From NCBI GenBank assembly GCA_038087875.1, contig CM075991.1, forward strand, positions 10,914,001 to 10,978,000: a stretch of 64,000 bases of DNA, read 5' to 3'. This DNA comes from Malacoraja senta. Lineage: Eukaryota. How positions within the stretch are numbered: the first letter of the stretch is position 1; every line of letters begins with the position of its first letter. Of this stretch, positions 12,073-24,520 are shown in pieces. The notes beneath the pieces were generated by a model. That model had not been told where the DNA came from. It ran no database searches and was given only the letters and a program-made list of their open reading frames with translations. Made by a program: the position numbers and the translations under genes.

Positions 12073-12955
12073 TTGCACGCTGTCTATACAATAGTTTTCT
12101 TGTTAGTTTTCAGTATTGGGACAACCTTTTACTTTTAAATCTGGTTTGTCACTTAATGACTTGGATTTAAATATCCCAGCTTCTGCTGTTGGAGTTAGAC
12201 TTAGACAATAGACAATAGACAATAGACAATAGGTGCAGTAGTAGGCCATTCGGCCCTTCGAGCCAGCACCGCCATTCAATGTGATCATGGCTGATCATCC
12301 CCAATCAGTACCCCGTTCCTGCCTTCTCCCCATATCCCCTGACTGCTATTTTTAAGAGCCCTATCTAACTCTCTCTTGAAAGCATCCAGAGAACCTGCCT
12401 CCACCGCCCTCTGAGGCAGAGATTCCACAGACTCACCACTCTCTGTGAGAAAAAGTGTTTCCTCGTCTCCGTTCTAAATGGCTTACTCCTTATTCTTAAA
12501 CTGTGGCCCCTGGTTCTGGACTCCCCCAACTTCTGTTACTGGGTCAAACAGCTGAGAAATCTGACTGCTAATCCTGTAACCTAACCACCAAGTTACTGTA
12601 CCCTCAATCTGATGCAGTTGAAACTGGTCCAACCGTATGTTTTTCTGAGCCAAGTCCAAGAGCAGAAATGAATCTGTGAAAAATCACATTAACCTGTGGG
12701 AGTAAGTGTTATTGAACCATGGGGAGTCTCTCCTTTTAGTACAATTTGGTTTACCCTGACAGTTGAACCATTCTTGAACCCGAGTGGAGCCTGTCCAACA
12801 TTTCTTCCCACTCTTGATCTTATTTGTGAAAAGAAAACCCCATCTTCATTATAATCCATCACATTTAATTTCAGTTGATGGCTGGGATATACAATAACGT
12901 CAGAGTAACAGATCACGTCTGTTGGCCTTAGTCTTCAGAAATGTTTTCTACTCTG
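12070..12955 (-). repeat. Copy B of the local inverted duplication (includes a CR1 3' fragment at ~12200-12530)
   Basis: Reverse complement matches 5356-5960. Confidence 0.85.
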
Positions 12956-13246
12956 CTATGAAGAAGGATCTCGACCCGAAACGTCACCCATTCCTTCTCC
13001 CCAGAGATGCTGCCTGTCCCAGGTTTGTAGGTTAAATGGCTTGGTATAATTGTAAAATTGTCCCTAGTGTTTGTAAGATATTGTTTTCGTGTGCGGGGAT
13101 CGCTGTTCGGTGCAGACTCGGTGGGCCGAAGGGCCTGTTTCCGCGCTGTATCTCTAAAACTAAAACTGGAGGGGAATGGAGTCTGTCGGGAACCTTCTTC
13201 AGAATGTTGCCGTCACAGATGACGTATGACCCACTAGGTTTGCTCT

Positions 13247-16200
13247 TTCAAGATTCAAGATTCAAGAAGTTTATTGCCATGTCAACAAGTTGATAGGAAT
13301 GTGTCTTGGTTCGCTCTCAGACAGATACAATTCAGTACAATACATCCACCACATACACCACAATAAATAATAAATAATACAGACAATATCGTACGAAGGA
13401 CAGTATATACAGGAAGGACAGTACCCAGCAGCGTCATGTTAAACGTAGGTGCAAGTGCAAAAGAAAATGCAAAGTGATTAGTGCAAATTCAAATATCTGA
13501 TGGCTTGGAGGTAGGTGCTGTCTCTGAAGCGAGATGTTTTACTTTTAATGCTTCTATATCTCCTTCCTGATGGGAGGAGATTAAAGAGGTGATGTGCCGG
13601 GTGAAAGTGGTCTGCTATGATTTTTTTGGCCTTTCTGGTGAGTCTTGTTGAGTAAAGTGATGTCACTGAGGGAAGTGTGCTGCAACCTATGATCTTAGAA
13701 GCTCAGCGCACTATTCTCTCCAGCCGAATCTTATCCTGCGAGGTTGTGTGACCATACCAGACAAGCATGGAGAATGTGAGTATGCTTTCTATGGTAGACC
13801 TATAGAAGTGGGTCATGGCTGGTCGACTGACCCTGAATTTTTTGAGCTGCCGCAGGAAGTAGAGTCGCTGGTGGCACTTACTGATTATGAGACTAGTGTT
13901 GAGCTCCCATGATAGGGATTGATGTATGGTGGTCCCGAGGAACTTAAAGAAGGTGACCTTCTCAACCACCTCTCCATTGATGAAGAGAGGGAGGAGGGGG
14001 GTGGCCTTCTTTCTGAAATCAACAACCAGCTCCTTAAAGGCCTGTCTCACGAGTCTGCGGTCTATGGCGGCGAAACGGGAGGAATCTGCCGCCATAGACC
14101 GCGCACTCGTGAGAAAGTACAATTCCCGAGCCGTGCGGCGGTGTTCCCAACACCGCGCGGTGCTAAAATAAAATTGACAATGTCCAAAACACTATACTCA
14201 CCGCACAACCTCCACCAGTGATGCACAAGTGCGGCACGGCCGCTCGCACGGGCCGCCGCCAGTGTGGGTCGAGCGCCGTGCGTCAAACCTCCTCTGCCAC
14301 AGCCTCCGCCAGTGACGCACGTGCCGCCGCCAGTGAGGCACGTGTGCTGCACGGCCGCATGCACAGCCACCGCTACAGCGCCGCGATCAGGATGGCCGCC
14401 GCCACAGCCGCCGCTGGTGAGTCACGTGCGGCGGGCCGACGTCATCGCAGTCGGCCCGCCCTTTTTTTTACTTACCGCAAGCACGTGGGACCCGCCGTGT
14501 TTGAATTAACTCGGCCCCCGCGCAGCATCCGTGCGGCGCTCCGGTGGATAGGCTCGACGCACTCGCCGTTGCCGCGCGGTCCTCGCTACCGGCGACGCCG
14601 CGCTTCACCGCCGATGACCGCAAACAGGTAAGACAGAGCCTTTAGTTTTTGAGATGTTAAGTATAAGGTTGTTGTTCTCACACCACCTTACTAGCTCCTC
14701 TACTTCCCTACGGTAAACGGTTTCGATGTTATTGGTAATAAGACCTACCACAGATGTGTCATCTGCAAACTTAAATAACAAGACAGAGTCAGAGTGTGAA
14801 CAGCAAAAATGTGTGTATACAGAGTACAGAAGAGGGGATAAAACGCAACCCTGGGGGGCGCCGCTGTTCAGGAACCTAGCCAGTGAGACATGGTTACCAA
14901 TTTTTACCACCTGTTTTCTGTCACATAGAAAGTTATAGATCCATTTACATAGAGATGAGTTGACCCCCAGTTCCTGTAATGTGTGCATCAACTTTACAGG
15001 AACGATGGTATTAAATGCGGAGCTAAAATCCACAAAAAGAATGCGAGCATATGTGGATCTGGATTCCAGGTGTTGGAGGATGGAGTGCACACAGAGGGAC
15101 ACTGCATCATCTACACTTCTGTTGGCTCTGCAGGCGAATTGATAAGGATCAAGTGTAATGCTGGAAAGATGTTTGCATACCAGTCTCTCAAGAACCTTCA
15201 TGATGACTGAAGTTAAGGCAACAGGCCTATAGTCGTTAAGACAAGTGATGTTATTTTTCTTGGGGACTGGTACGATCACAGCTGACTTGAAACAAGCAGG
15301 CACAATTGAGAGTTGAAGTGACCAGTTGAAAATGGAGGTGAGGACGGGTGTCAGTTCATTAGAGCAGTGTCTTAATGTAGCAGGCGCCACACCGTCAGGC
15401 CCTGCTGCCTTCCTGGTGTTAAGTTGGCGGAGCAGGGTTCTCACGTCATGTTCTGAGACAGCAGGAGTAGTGTCGCCCAGCTCTGTGGTTAAAGAGGGAG
15501 ACTGATGGTTGCCCTTGTCAAAACGACAGTAAAAGTCATTGAGCCTCCCAGGGAGGGAGGGGTCGCTGTCTAGAACATGGTGCTTGGTTTTATAGTCTGT
15601 GATAGCCTGCAGACCTTGCCACACCCCTTTGATGTCATTAGCTTGTAATTTGTTTTCTAGCTTTACTCTGTAGGAAGCTTTAGCTTTGATCGCAGCTCGC
15701 TGAAATTCATATTTCAGCAGTTTGTATTGAACCATGTCTCCATGTTTAAATGCATCATACTTCTTCCTACATAGTAACCTCACATCATTATTAAACCAGG
15801 GCTTGTTGTTATTATAAACAGTCACAGTTTTAGTTGGAATGCATACACTCTCACAGAAATGAATATACGATGTAACAGTGTCAGTGTAGGTGTTAATATC
15901 GTACTGGCCATCAGCCCAGAAGGTGCTCCATTCAGTGGAGCCAAAACAGTCCTGTAAAGTTTCTATGGCTTGTGAGGACCATTTCCTAGAAAGTTTGACA
16001 GTTGGTTTTTCCACCTTAAGTTTTTGACGATACTTAGGAATCAGGAGAATGGTGTTGTGGTCAGACTCACCGATAGGGGCTCCAGCCACAGCATGATATG
16101 CATCGGGTATGGAGGAATAGCATTGGTCCAGTGTATTATCCAGCCTGGTGGCAATGTGGATCTGAGGCTTGTATCTCGGGAGAGCCTTCTTTAGGGTGAC

Positions 16201-16345
16201 GTGATTAAAGTCTCCTAACGCCAGCACAACCGCGTCTGGATTGGAATTCTCCACCTCCATGGTGTGATCGGCCAGTTGCTGCAACGCAGACGGAGCTGAG
16301 GTGCTCGGTGGTATGTAGACAGCGGCCAGGATGATGGAGGATTAA
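13247..16345 (-). mobile_element. Rex1/Babar non-LTR retrotransposon, 5'-truncated, split by a Harbinger MITE
   Basis: ORF 14605-16284 has partial APE (GDFN, SDH) and RT (LNDYRPVALT, DFSSAFNT, GAPQG, FADD). It continues at 14035-13478 (KELVVDFRK...LLPSGRRYRS) with one in-frame stop at ~13703; (TCTTGAA)n tail. Confidence 0.92.
14037..14641. mobile_element. GC-rich non-autonomous PIF/Harbinger element (MITE)
   Basis: TTA TSD (14034-36, 14642-44); imperfect TIRs AAGGCCTGTCTCAC / GTAAGACAGAGCCT; removal restores the Rex1 frame ISKTKELVVDF. Confidence 0.85.
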
Positions 16346-16828
16346 GGTTCCAGTTTGTGCAGGCCTAGTTGTCTCTGGTTCTCTTGTGTTCTGGTTAGCA
16401 ACACCAGCTAATCCATCCCATTGCAGTCTCTGACCATCTGAACCATTTTTTAATATCTCTTTAATGGGGGAAGGCGCAGTGAAGTGAGATTCATTGCATG
16501 GCTACCAAAGAATTGTCTGTTACCAAAGAAGGTCTCGACATAAAACCCATTCCTTGTATCCTGAGATGCTGCCTGTCCCGCTGAGTTACTCCAGCGTTTT
16601 CTGTCTATCTAAACCAGCATCTGTGGTACCTTCCTACATAGTTGTCTGGCCATGTCTTCCTGTAATGCCATGATGCAAAATGGTTGGGTCAGGATACTGG
16701 CATCTAAATCTAATCTTAATCTAAAAAGGATTTAGAATATTGACTAACACAACCCTGTCAAGGACAATTAGAAATGTTAGCCTAGCAATCAATACACATA
16801 GTGAATAAATTAAATCTTAAATCTAAGT

Positions 16829-16969
16829 CTTCTTCTTCTTGTGTATGGCGTGCACAGCCGAAAATTATGGGACAACTTGTTCTATTTGATCTTATTTGAT
16901 TGTGCACGCCAGGTTGATTGCATTCGTCGAAACAGAGCGGACCACATGAAGGTTGCAATCTTCCACCCC
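16829..16969 (-). mobile_element. HDV-like-ribozyme-headed short retroposon, copy 2
   Basis: Perfect TSD AAATCTAAGT (16819-16828, 16970-16979). Confidence 0.85.
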
Positions 16970-17554
16970 AAATCTAAGTAATCTCACTGCAGATAGAGGA
17001 TACAGATTTGATTAAATTAACATCTGCTATATAACACCCTTCATCATGAAAGTCACACTTAACACCATCCCTTCCCTCTTATGAATTAAAATTAATTTTG
17101 TAGTTAAATCCATACTCCTCCCTACTGTCATTTAAATTAAAGTGCAGGTGTTTTTTTTTATCCTTTGATTCAAGCTCCGAATCTGGTCCAATTCACATGA
17201 ATGACCTTTCAATCTTTAGGGCTTGGTTTAGGTTTATTGGTGTCATCTGTAGCAAGATACAGTGAAAAGCTGAAAAGGAGTTTGTACCTTCTCCCCGTGA
17301 TCGCGTGGGTTTTAGTTTTTAGTTTTAGAGATACAGCACGGAAACATGCGTTTCGGCCCACCGAGAGCGTGCTGACTCGTACACTAACCCATACACTAAC
17401 ACTATCCTACACACATTAGGGACAATTTACATTTATACCAAGCCAATTAACCTACAAACCTGGATGAAGATCTCGGAGAAAACCCACTCGCTCTCGGGAA
17501 GAATGTACAAACTCCGTACAGACAGCACCCGCAGTCAGGATCGAACTGCGATCT

Positions 17555-18022
17555 CAGCGAAAAAGACTACAAAAAGTAGTAAACACCGCGCAGTCCATCA
17601 TCGGCTCTGACCTCCCTACCATCGAGGGGATCTATCGCAGTCGCTGCCTCAAAACAGCTGGCAGCATAATCAAGGACCCACATCATCCTGGCCACGCACT
17701 CATCTCGCCGCTACCTTCAGGTAGAAGGTACAGGAGCCTGAAGACTGCAACGTCCAGGTTCAGAAACAGCTACTTCCCCACAGCCATCAGGCTATTGAAC
17801 TCAACTCAAACAAAACTCTGAATATTAATAGCCCATAATCTGTTTATTTGCACTTTATCTGTTTCATTTATTCATGTGTGTATATATTTATACAATGGTA
17901 TATGGACACACTGATCTGTTCTGTATTTATGCCTTTTGTATTCTGTTGTGCTGAAGCAAAGCAAGAATTTCATTGTCCTATCTGGGACACATGACAATAA
18001 ACTCTCTTGAATCTTGAATCTT
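17555..18022 (+). mobile_element. Rex1-type LINE 3' fragment
   Basis: Encodes ...DPHHPGH.LISPLPSGRRYRSL...RFRNSYFP; ends in (TCTTGAA)n. Confidence 0.75.
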
Positions 18023-20178
18023 GATCTCTGGTGCTGTAAGTCAGCAAATCTACTGCTGCGCTGCCCTTGGGTTTTCTCAGGGTTCTCCAGTTTCTTCCCA
18101 CATCCCAAAGTCGTGCAGGTTTGTGGGTTAATTGGCTTCTGTAAATTGTCCCTGGTGTATGGGAAAAAAACGGGTGATCTTGGTGGCGTGGACTCGGTGG
18201 GCCGAAGGGCCTGTTTCTATGCTGTATCTCGAAACTAAACTAAACTGGTGGATAATAGGGTCTGGTGGGGAAAGAGGAGAGAAAGTCAAACAATGATCGG
18301 AGAATGGGCAAGTATGGCAAGTGCAGCAATTCTTCACAACTAAGACGTAATCAGTCAATTAATGCTCAAACAACAGGTTCCACATGAGAAATGTATTTGT
18401 CACTGTTGCTATTGACAGACTGAACCTGTGTTTTCTCAAGAACACAGCAAAAGACAGCATGAAACGGTTCCTTTCTGCAATATTCAGAGATAGACACTCA
18501 GCAGATGTGATACTCAGAGTAAGTGGATTATTTCATAGCATCCAAATTACAAATCTTGCAGACACTTGGCACAGTGTAGCATCCAGCACAGTGATGGAAG
18601 GCTGGATACAGGAGCCGGTGTCCAACTGATACAATATCTACACTTACTGAAGTAATTCCAGATCCTGCAAAATAGATCTCAGTAGTGAATGCCAACATGC
18701 TGCTTAATAATCCTTATCAACACTAAATGCTGGAGTAACTCAGCGGGACAGGCAGCAACTCTGGAGAGAAGGAATGGGTGACGTTTCGGGTTGAGACCCT
18801 TCAGCTTGAGTTACTCCAGCATTTTGTGTCTACCTTTGATAGTAAAGAGAATGAATATCAGTTGTGGACGAAAATGCTGGAGAAACTCAGCATTTTCAGA
18901 CTAGTCATTTTCTTCTCTCCAGAGATGCTGCCTGTCCCACTGAGTTACTCTAGCATTTTGTGTCTATCTTCAGTTTAAACCAGCATCTGCATTTCCTTCC
19001 TACACAATAAACCTTCAAGTAAATTTCTGGAGTGTGGGAGGAAAACTGGAGCACCAACACGGCCACATGGAGAACGTACAAACTCCGTACAGACAGCACC
19101 CGTAGTCAGGATCGAACCCAGGTCCCTGGCGCTGTCAGGCAGCAACTCTACCGCAGCGCCACTGTGCAAGGCAACATCTTAAACCACCACTGGCAATCAA
19201 TAATTATAATATTACATCCAGTGGCAGTGTTTGTGTTAAGGTCTACACTCTTGCCAAATGCATAATCCCATTTTGCAATCAATCTGATCTATCACGTTCA
19301 ATATTGCTGCAGAAATTCATCTGGTGCACTCATATAACGCCAGAGAAGGAAGATTGTGTTTAAGAAGGAACTGCACATGCTGGAAAATCGAAGTTAGACA
19401 AAAATGCTGGAGAAACTCAGCGGGTGAGGCAGCATCTATGGAGCGAAGGAAATAGGCAACGTTTCTGGTCAAAACCCTTCTTCAGACAACATTCTTCAGG
19501 GGAACATTGTCTACCCCAGACACACCATACAGTTGACTATTATCAGTTTAGTTTGTGGTCACATGTACCGAGGTACAGTGAAAAGCTTTTGTTGCGTGCT
19601 ATCCCGTCAGCGTAAAGACAACACATGATTACAATCGAGCCATTCACAGTGTACAGATACATGATAAGGGAATAACGTTTAGTGCAAGGTAAAGCCAGTA
19701 AAGTCCAATCAAAAATAGTCCAAACGTCACCAATGAGGTAGATAGTAGTTCAGGAGTGTTTGAGGACAGAGGCATGTGTGTGTAGTTCAGCGGCAGTTAG
19801 GACATTGTTGATACTGTACTGTAAAGTGCCGCGGTCTCCGGGGAGGAAGCGGCCGCTCCAGACATTCCAAGCCACTGAGGAGTGTTCACCCGACGCCGTG
19901 CTCCACCTCCCCGGCAAGAGGGCCTGAAGCATCGGGCTGCTGTAGCAGCGACTGCGGAGGCCACAATGGGCCCGACTATGGGTGAACAGGGGACGGGACG
20001 GGACTGGACTTTGCTGCCTTCCCCCACAGTGGGAACCATTGTGGGGGGATGTTTTTATGTTTATTGTTAAATTATTTAATGTTGTGTCTTATCTTTATTC
20101 GCGTGCTGCAATGGCAAGTCAAATTTCACTGCACCAATTGGTATATGTGATAATAAGTGTCCTTTGTATCCTTTGAAA

Positions 20179-20424
20179 AGGGCCTGTCCCACTTACAGGC
20201 TGTATGGTCATGAGAGGTCTCCGATGGTCGTGAGAGGTCACCCGCGACATGTCGCCAGGGGTCGCCTGTATGGTCATGAGAGGTCTCCTATGGTCGTGAG
20301 AGGTCTCCAAAGAGTCGTAACGTCTTTCTGGTCACCGCTGAATTTTCAACATGTTGAACATTTCGGCGACCTATCACGGGTGCCGGCAGTCGCCTGTAAA
20401 GGTCGCGTAAGTGGGACAGGCCCT
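20179..20424. mobile_element. PIF/Harbinger MITE
   Basis: TIRs AGGGCCTGTCCCACTTAC / GTAAGTGGGACAGGCCCT, followed by TAA; internal direct repeat TGTATGGTCATGAGAGGTCTCC. Confidence 0.85.
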
Positions 20425-21134
20425 TAACAAAACCGTGGTTGATACGAGGGGCCTAATCTAATCAGACTTCAAGCCTTCAGCATCAGAGGAAATTAAAAAA
20501 ATATTGTTTAAACCGTACTCAAATTAACACCTTTCTTGCCTAGTCATTGGCATATACATCAAACGCCTTTAAAATTAATCCTGGACTCATAGAATTAATT
20601 AGCTACATTCATTTAAACAGAACAAATTATATAAATGGCACATTAATGGAAAATTAATGACGGTTGTCGCTTTCCTGCCTCCGATGATGAACAGCATCTG
20701 AAACTACTGCTGGCAATTAATAATTATAATCTTACAGCGAGTGTCACTGTTTGTTCGAGGGTCTACTTTCTCGGCAAACATGTATTCCCATTTTGCAATC
20801 AATCTGATGATGCATATTCCATATAGATCGCTCCCGCAGACCAAAAAAAGGATTGTAACCTGATATGAGGAACGATATTGTACTCGGTGGAGTTGCTTTA
20901 TGGAGCTCTCACTTTCAGGATTACTCTTCTGGGTGTCGTTGTTTGAGACCAGCACACGATGGTGGATTTCTGTTTGGTATCCACCAGTTTGCAAACCTCC
21001 CCGTCCACATTCTACTCCACAGGTCGATTCTCATTCCATCTTCTGCCTCTCACACCAGCCATTTAACACCAGCAGTAGATATGTCGACTGGTAATAAAAT
21101 AATGTAGCTGCAACCGACATAATTCCCTGGCCAC

Positions 21135-22050
21135 CATCTCCATCTCCCTCTCCCTCACTCACACTGCCTCTACCTGTTCTTTACCTCTTCCTCTATCTCT
21201 CCCTCCTTTGCACTTTCTCTCTCCTTCTCTCTCTCCCTCGCTATCCTGCGTTCCCTCCACTCCGTCTCTCTTCTCTCCTCGCCATCGTTCTCTTGCTTAC
21301 TCCCCCTTGTTCTCCCACTTGCCCCCCTTGATCTCTCTATCTCTCTCCTTGCTCGCTTTCTTATCCTTCCTCTCCCCCTTCTCTCTCCCCTTTTCTTTCT
21401 TTCTCCCCCCCCTCTCTCTCTTTCCATCCCCCTCTCTTTCTTTCCCCTCTCTTTCTTTCCCCCTCTTTCTTCCTTTCCCTGCCTCTGCTTCTTTCCTCCT
21501 CTCCCTCTACACCTCCCTTGTTCTGCATAGTACTGGCTTTCACCTGCTTTCACCAGATGGAGGTGAGGGAAAGGGAGGGGGGGGGAGAGAGGGGGAGAGA
21601 GGGGGGGAGAGGGGAAGAGGGAGGGAGAGGGAGGGAGAGGGAGGGAGAGGGAGGGAGAGGGAGGGAGAGGGAGGGAGGGAGAGAGGGAGGGAGGGGGAGA
21701 GGGAGGGAGAGAGGGAGACGGAGGAAAGGGGAGAGGGGGCGGGAGAGGGAGGGAGAGAGGGAGAGAGAGGGAGGGGGAGAGGGAGGGAGAGAGGGAGACG
21801 GAGGAAAGGGGAGAGGGGGCAGGAGAGGGAGGGAGAGAGGGAGAGAGAGGGAGGGGAGAGGGAGGGAGAGAGGGAGACGGAGGATAGGGGAGAGGGAGGG
21901 AGAGAGGGAGAAAGAGGGAGGGGGAGAGGGAGGGAGAGGGAGGGAGGAGGAAGTGGGAGGGAGAGGGAGAGGGAGGGAGAGAGGGATGGAGGGGGACAGA
22001 GAAAGGGAGAGGGAGGAGGATTGGGATGGAGAAGGGGACAGGGAGGGGGT
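21135..22050. repeat. Low-complexity CT-rich tract (21135-21520) followed by a GA-rich tract (21558-22050)
   Basis: Homopyrimidine then homopurine runs, with larger repeated units GGGAGACGGAGGAAAGGGGAGAG. Confidence 0.95.
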
Positions 22051-24164
22051 GGTCATTGTAAAACACTCCTAGGCCCATGTTGAAGACTGCTGGTGTTACA
22101 ACATAAGTCCGTAATTTTATCTACTATGAATGGAATTAAAGTTTAAAAAACGTCTCTCCCTAAAGCTTGCACCTCGTTACATCCCTGGTGCCTGCGAGGT
22201 GCAATTTCATGAGGTGTTAATGTTATTACTTGTGATAATGAAATTTTTGGTTCCTGTGAGCACGACTCGGGAAATTCATTGCTATTGATCCGTCCTCTGT
22301 CTGTGACGTGAAGACACACAGACCAGGCTCTGAAACTAATGAGACAACATTGCACTCCGTCTCAATGCCGAGATAAATCTGCGTCTTTCTCCTGCTGTGT
22401 AGGAAGGGACTGCGAATGCTGCTTTAAACCGAAGATAGACACAAAAAGCTGGAGGCACTCAGCGGGTCAGACAGCATCTCTGGAGAAAAGGAATAGGTGA
22501 TGTTTCGGGTCTGAAGAAGGGTCTCGACCTGAAACGTCACCTATTCCTTCTTCCCATCCCTCTCCCTTCCTAGGTACACAAAAATGCTGGAGAAACTCAG
22601 CGGGTGCAGCAGCATCTATGGAGCGAAGGAAATAGGTAACGTTTCGGGCCGAAGCCCTTCTTCAGACTTTGTCCTCTCCCTTCCCAGTTCTCCGACAAGT
22701 CTGACTGTCCCCTGATTATATTTTATCTCTGTCTGCTTCATTCTCACCTTCTAGCTAACAATGATCTATTCTAAATTTTCTTTGAACCACATCTCCTTTA
22801 ATGTCTCATTTTCACACCTTACTCTTCCTTATCTATGTGCCTTCAGTCTGAAGAAGGGTCTCGACCCGAAACGTCGCACACTCCTTCTACCCAAAGATGC
22901 TGCCTGACCCACTGAGTTACTCCAGCATTTTGGGTCTATCTTCGGTGTAAACCAGCATCTGCAGTTCCTTCCTGCACATTAGAAACATTTCAAACCTGTG
23001 TCGTCCCACACCAGAATCAAGATCCTGCAATCACTGGAGTGCAGTGTGCAGTCAATGCTTGTTTGTGTTTGAGCATGTTCGTTCTCTAGTCCTAGTTCAA
23101 TGTGTTACGGAGCAACACTTGCATCACCCTGACACACCCCATCAACCTCAGTTCAGCAGTTTAGGTGCGAATGGCCTACATCTGTTCCTATTTCTAATAT
23201 TCTGATATATTTTCCTCGGTAAGTTGATTGGACATACCTCGCAGGTCCAGCAAACACCCTGAAGAAACCCTGGAAGTGCTCGGATTTAAAAAAAAAAGCT
23301 CTTCCATCCCCCACAAGACCGTTGTATGCAGTTGGGTTTTATCGCAGTGGCGCTGCCTAACTACGCCAGCATGGAAACAGGTCCTTCTGCCCACCGAGTC
23401 CACGCCGACCAGCGATCACCCACACACCAGTTTTTTCCCCACACACTAGGGACAATTTACAGAAGCCAATTAACCGACAAACCTGCATGCCTTTGGGATG
23501 TGGGAGGAAACTGGAGAAACCAGAGAAAACTCATGGGCTGCCTTACAGCGCCAGAGACCCAGGTTCGATCCTGCCTACGGGTGCTGCCTGTACATTCTCC
23601 CTGTGACCGCGTGGGTTCTCTCCAGGTGCTCTGGTTTCCTCCCACACTCCTGAGACGTGCAAGCTTGTAGGTTAATGGGCTTCTGTAGAGTGTAAATTGT
23701 CACCAGTGCGTATGACAATGCTCGTGTACGGGGTGATCGCTGGTCGGCGCGGACTCGGTGGGCCATAGAACCTGTTTCCGTGCTGTATCTCTAAAAGTAA
23801 TGCATGGTGGATGTTTATGTTAAATTCTATTGTGTATTGTGTGTTCTTTATTTAAGTGTATCGCTGCTGGCAAATTCATTTCACTGCACCTTTGGGTGCA
23901 TGTGACCAATAAAATTGACTTTGACTTTGACATGATAAAGGAAACAAAGTGCAGAAAATGGATGTGCAGCCACAGGGAAAATGCAAGGGCCACACCAAGG
24001 TAGATAGTGAGAAGGACCGACAGGCCTGTCTCCACGCTGTATCTCTAAAGTCTAAAGTCTATTCAGTATCTCCCCAAGTAGACAATGGAATCTACAAGGA
24101 AATAAGTCCAGGTCCAGGACAATGGAGAACCACCTCCCCCATTCCTTGCTCAATGGTGCCAGAT

Positions 24165-24520
24165 TGTTAAGGGCTTGGACACGCTAGAGGCAGGAAACAT
24201 GTTCCCGATGTTGGGGGAGTCCAGAACCAGGGGCCACACAGTTTAAGAATAAGGAGTAAGACATTTAGAACGGAGACGAGGAAACACTTTTTCTCACAGA
24301 GAGTGGTGAGTCTGTGGAATTCTCTGCCTCAGAGGGCAGTGGAGGCCGGTTCTCTGGATGCTTTCAAGAGAGAGCTGGATAGGGCCCTTAAAAATAGCAG
24401 AGTCAGGGGATATGGGGAGAAGGCAGGAACGGGGTACTGATTGGGGATGATCAGCCATGATCACATTGAATGGCTCGAAGGGCCAAATGGCCTACTCCTG
24501 CACCTATTGTCTATTGTCTA
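24165..24520 (+). mobile_element. CR1 LINE 3' fragment
   Basis: Near-identical to 4710-5065. Confidence 0.85.

Noticed and set aside
14062..14631. GC-rich ORFs or a CpG-island promoter of a host gene
   Set aside because: Bounded by TIRs and a TTA TSD inside a Rex1 ORF, so it is a MITE.
21170..22083. Long ORFs of 168-302 aa
   Set aside because: Products of stop-free CT/GA low-complexity sequence.
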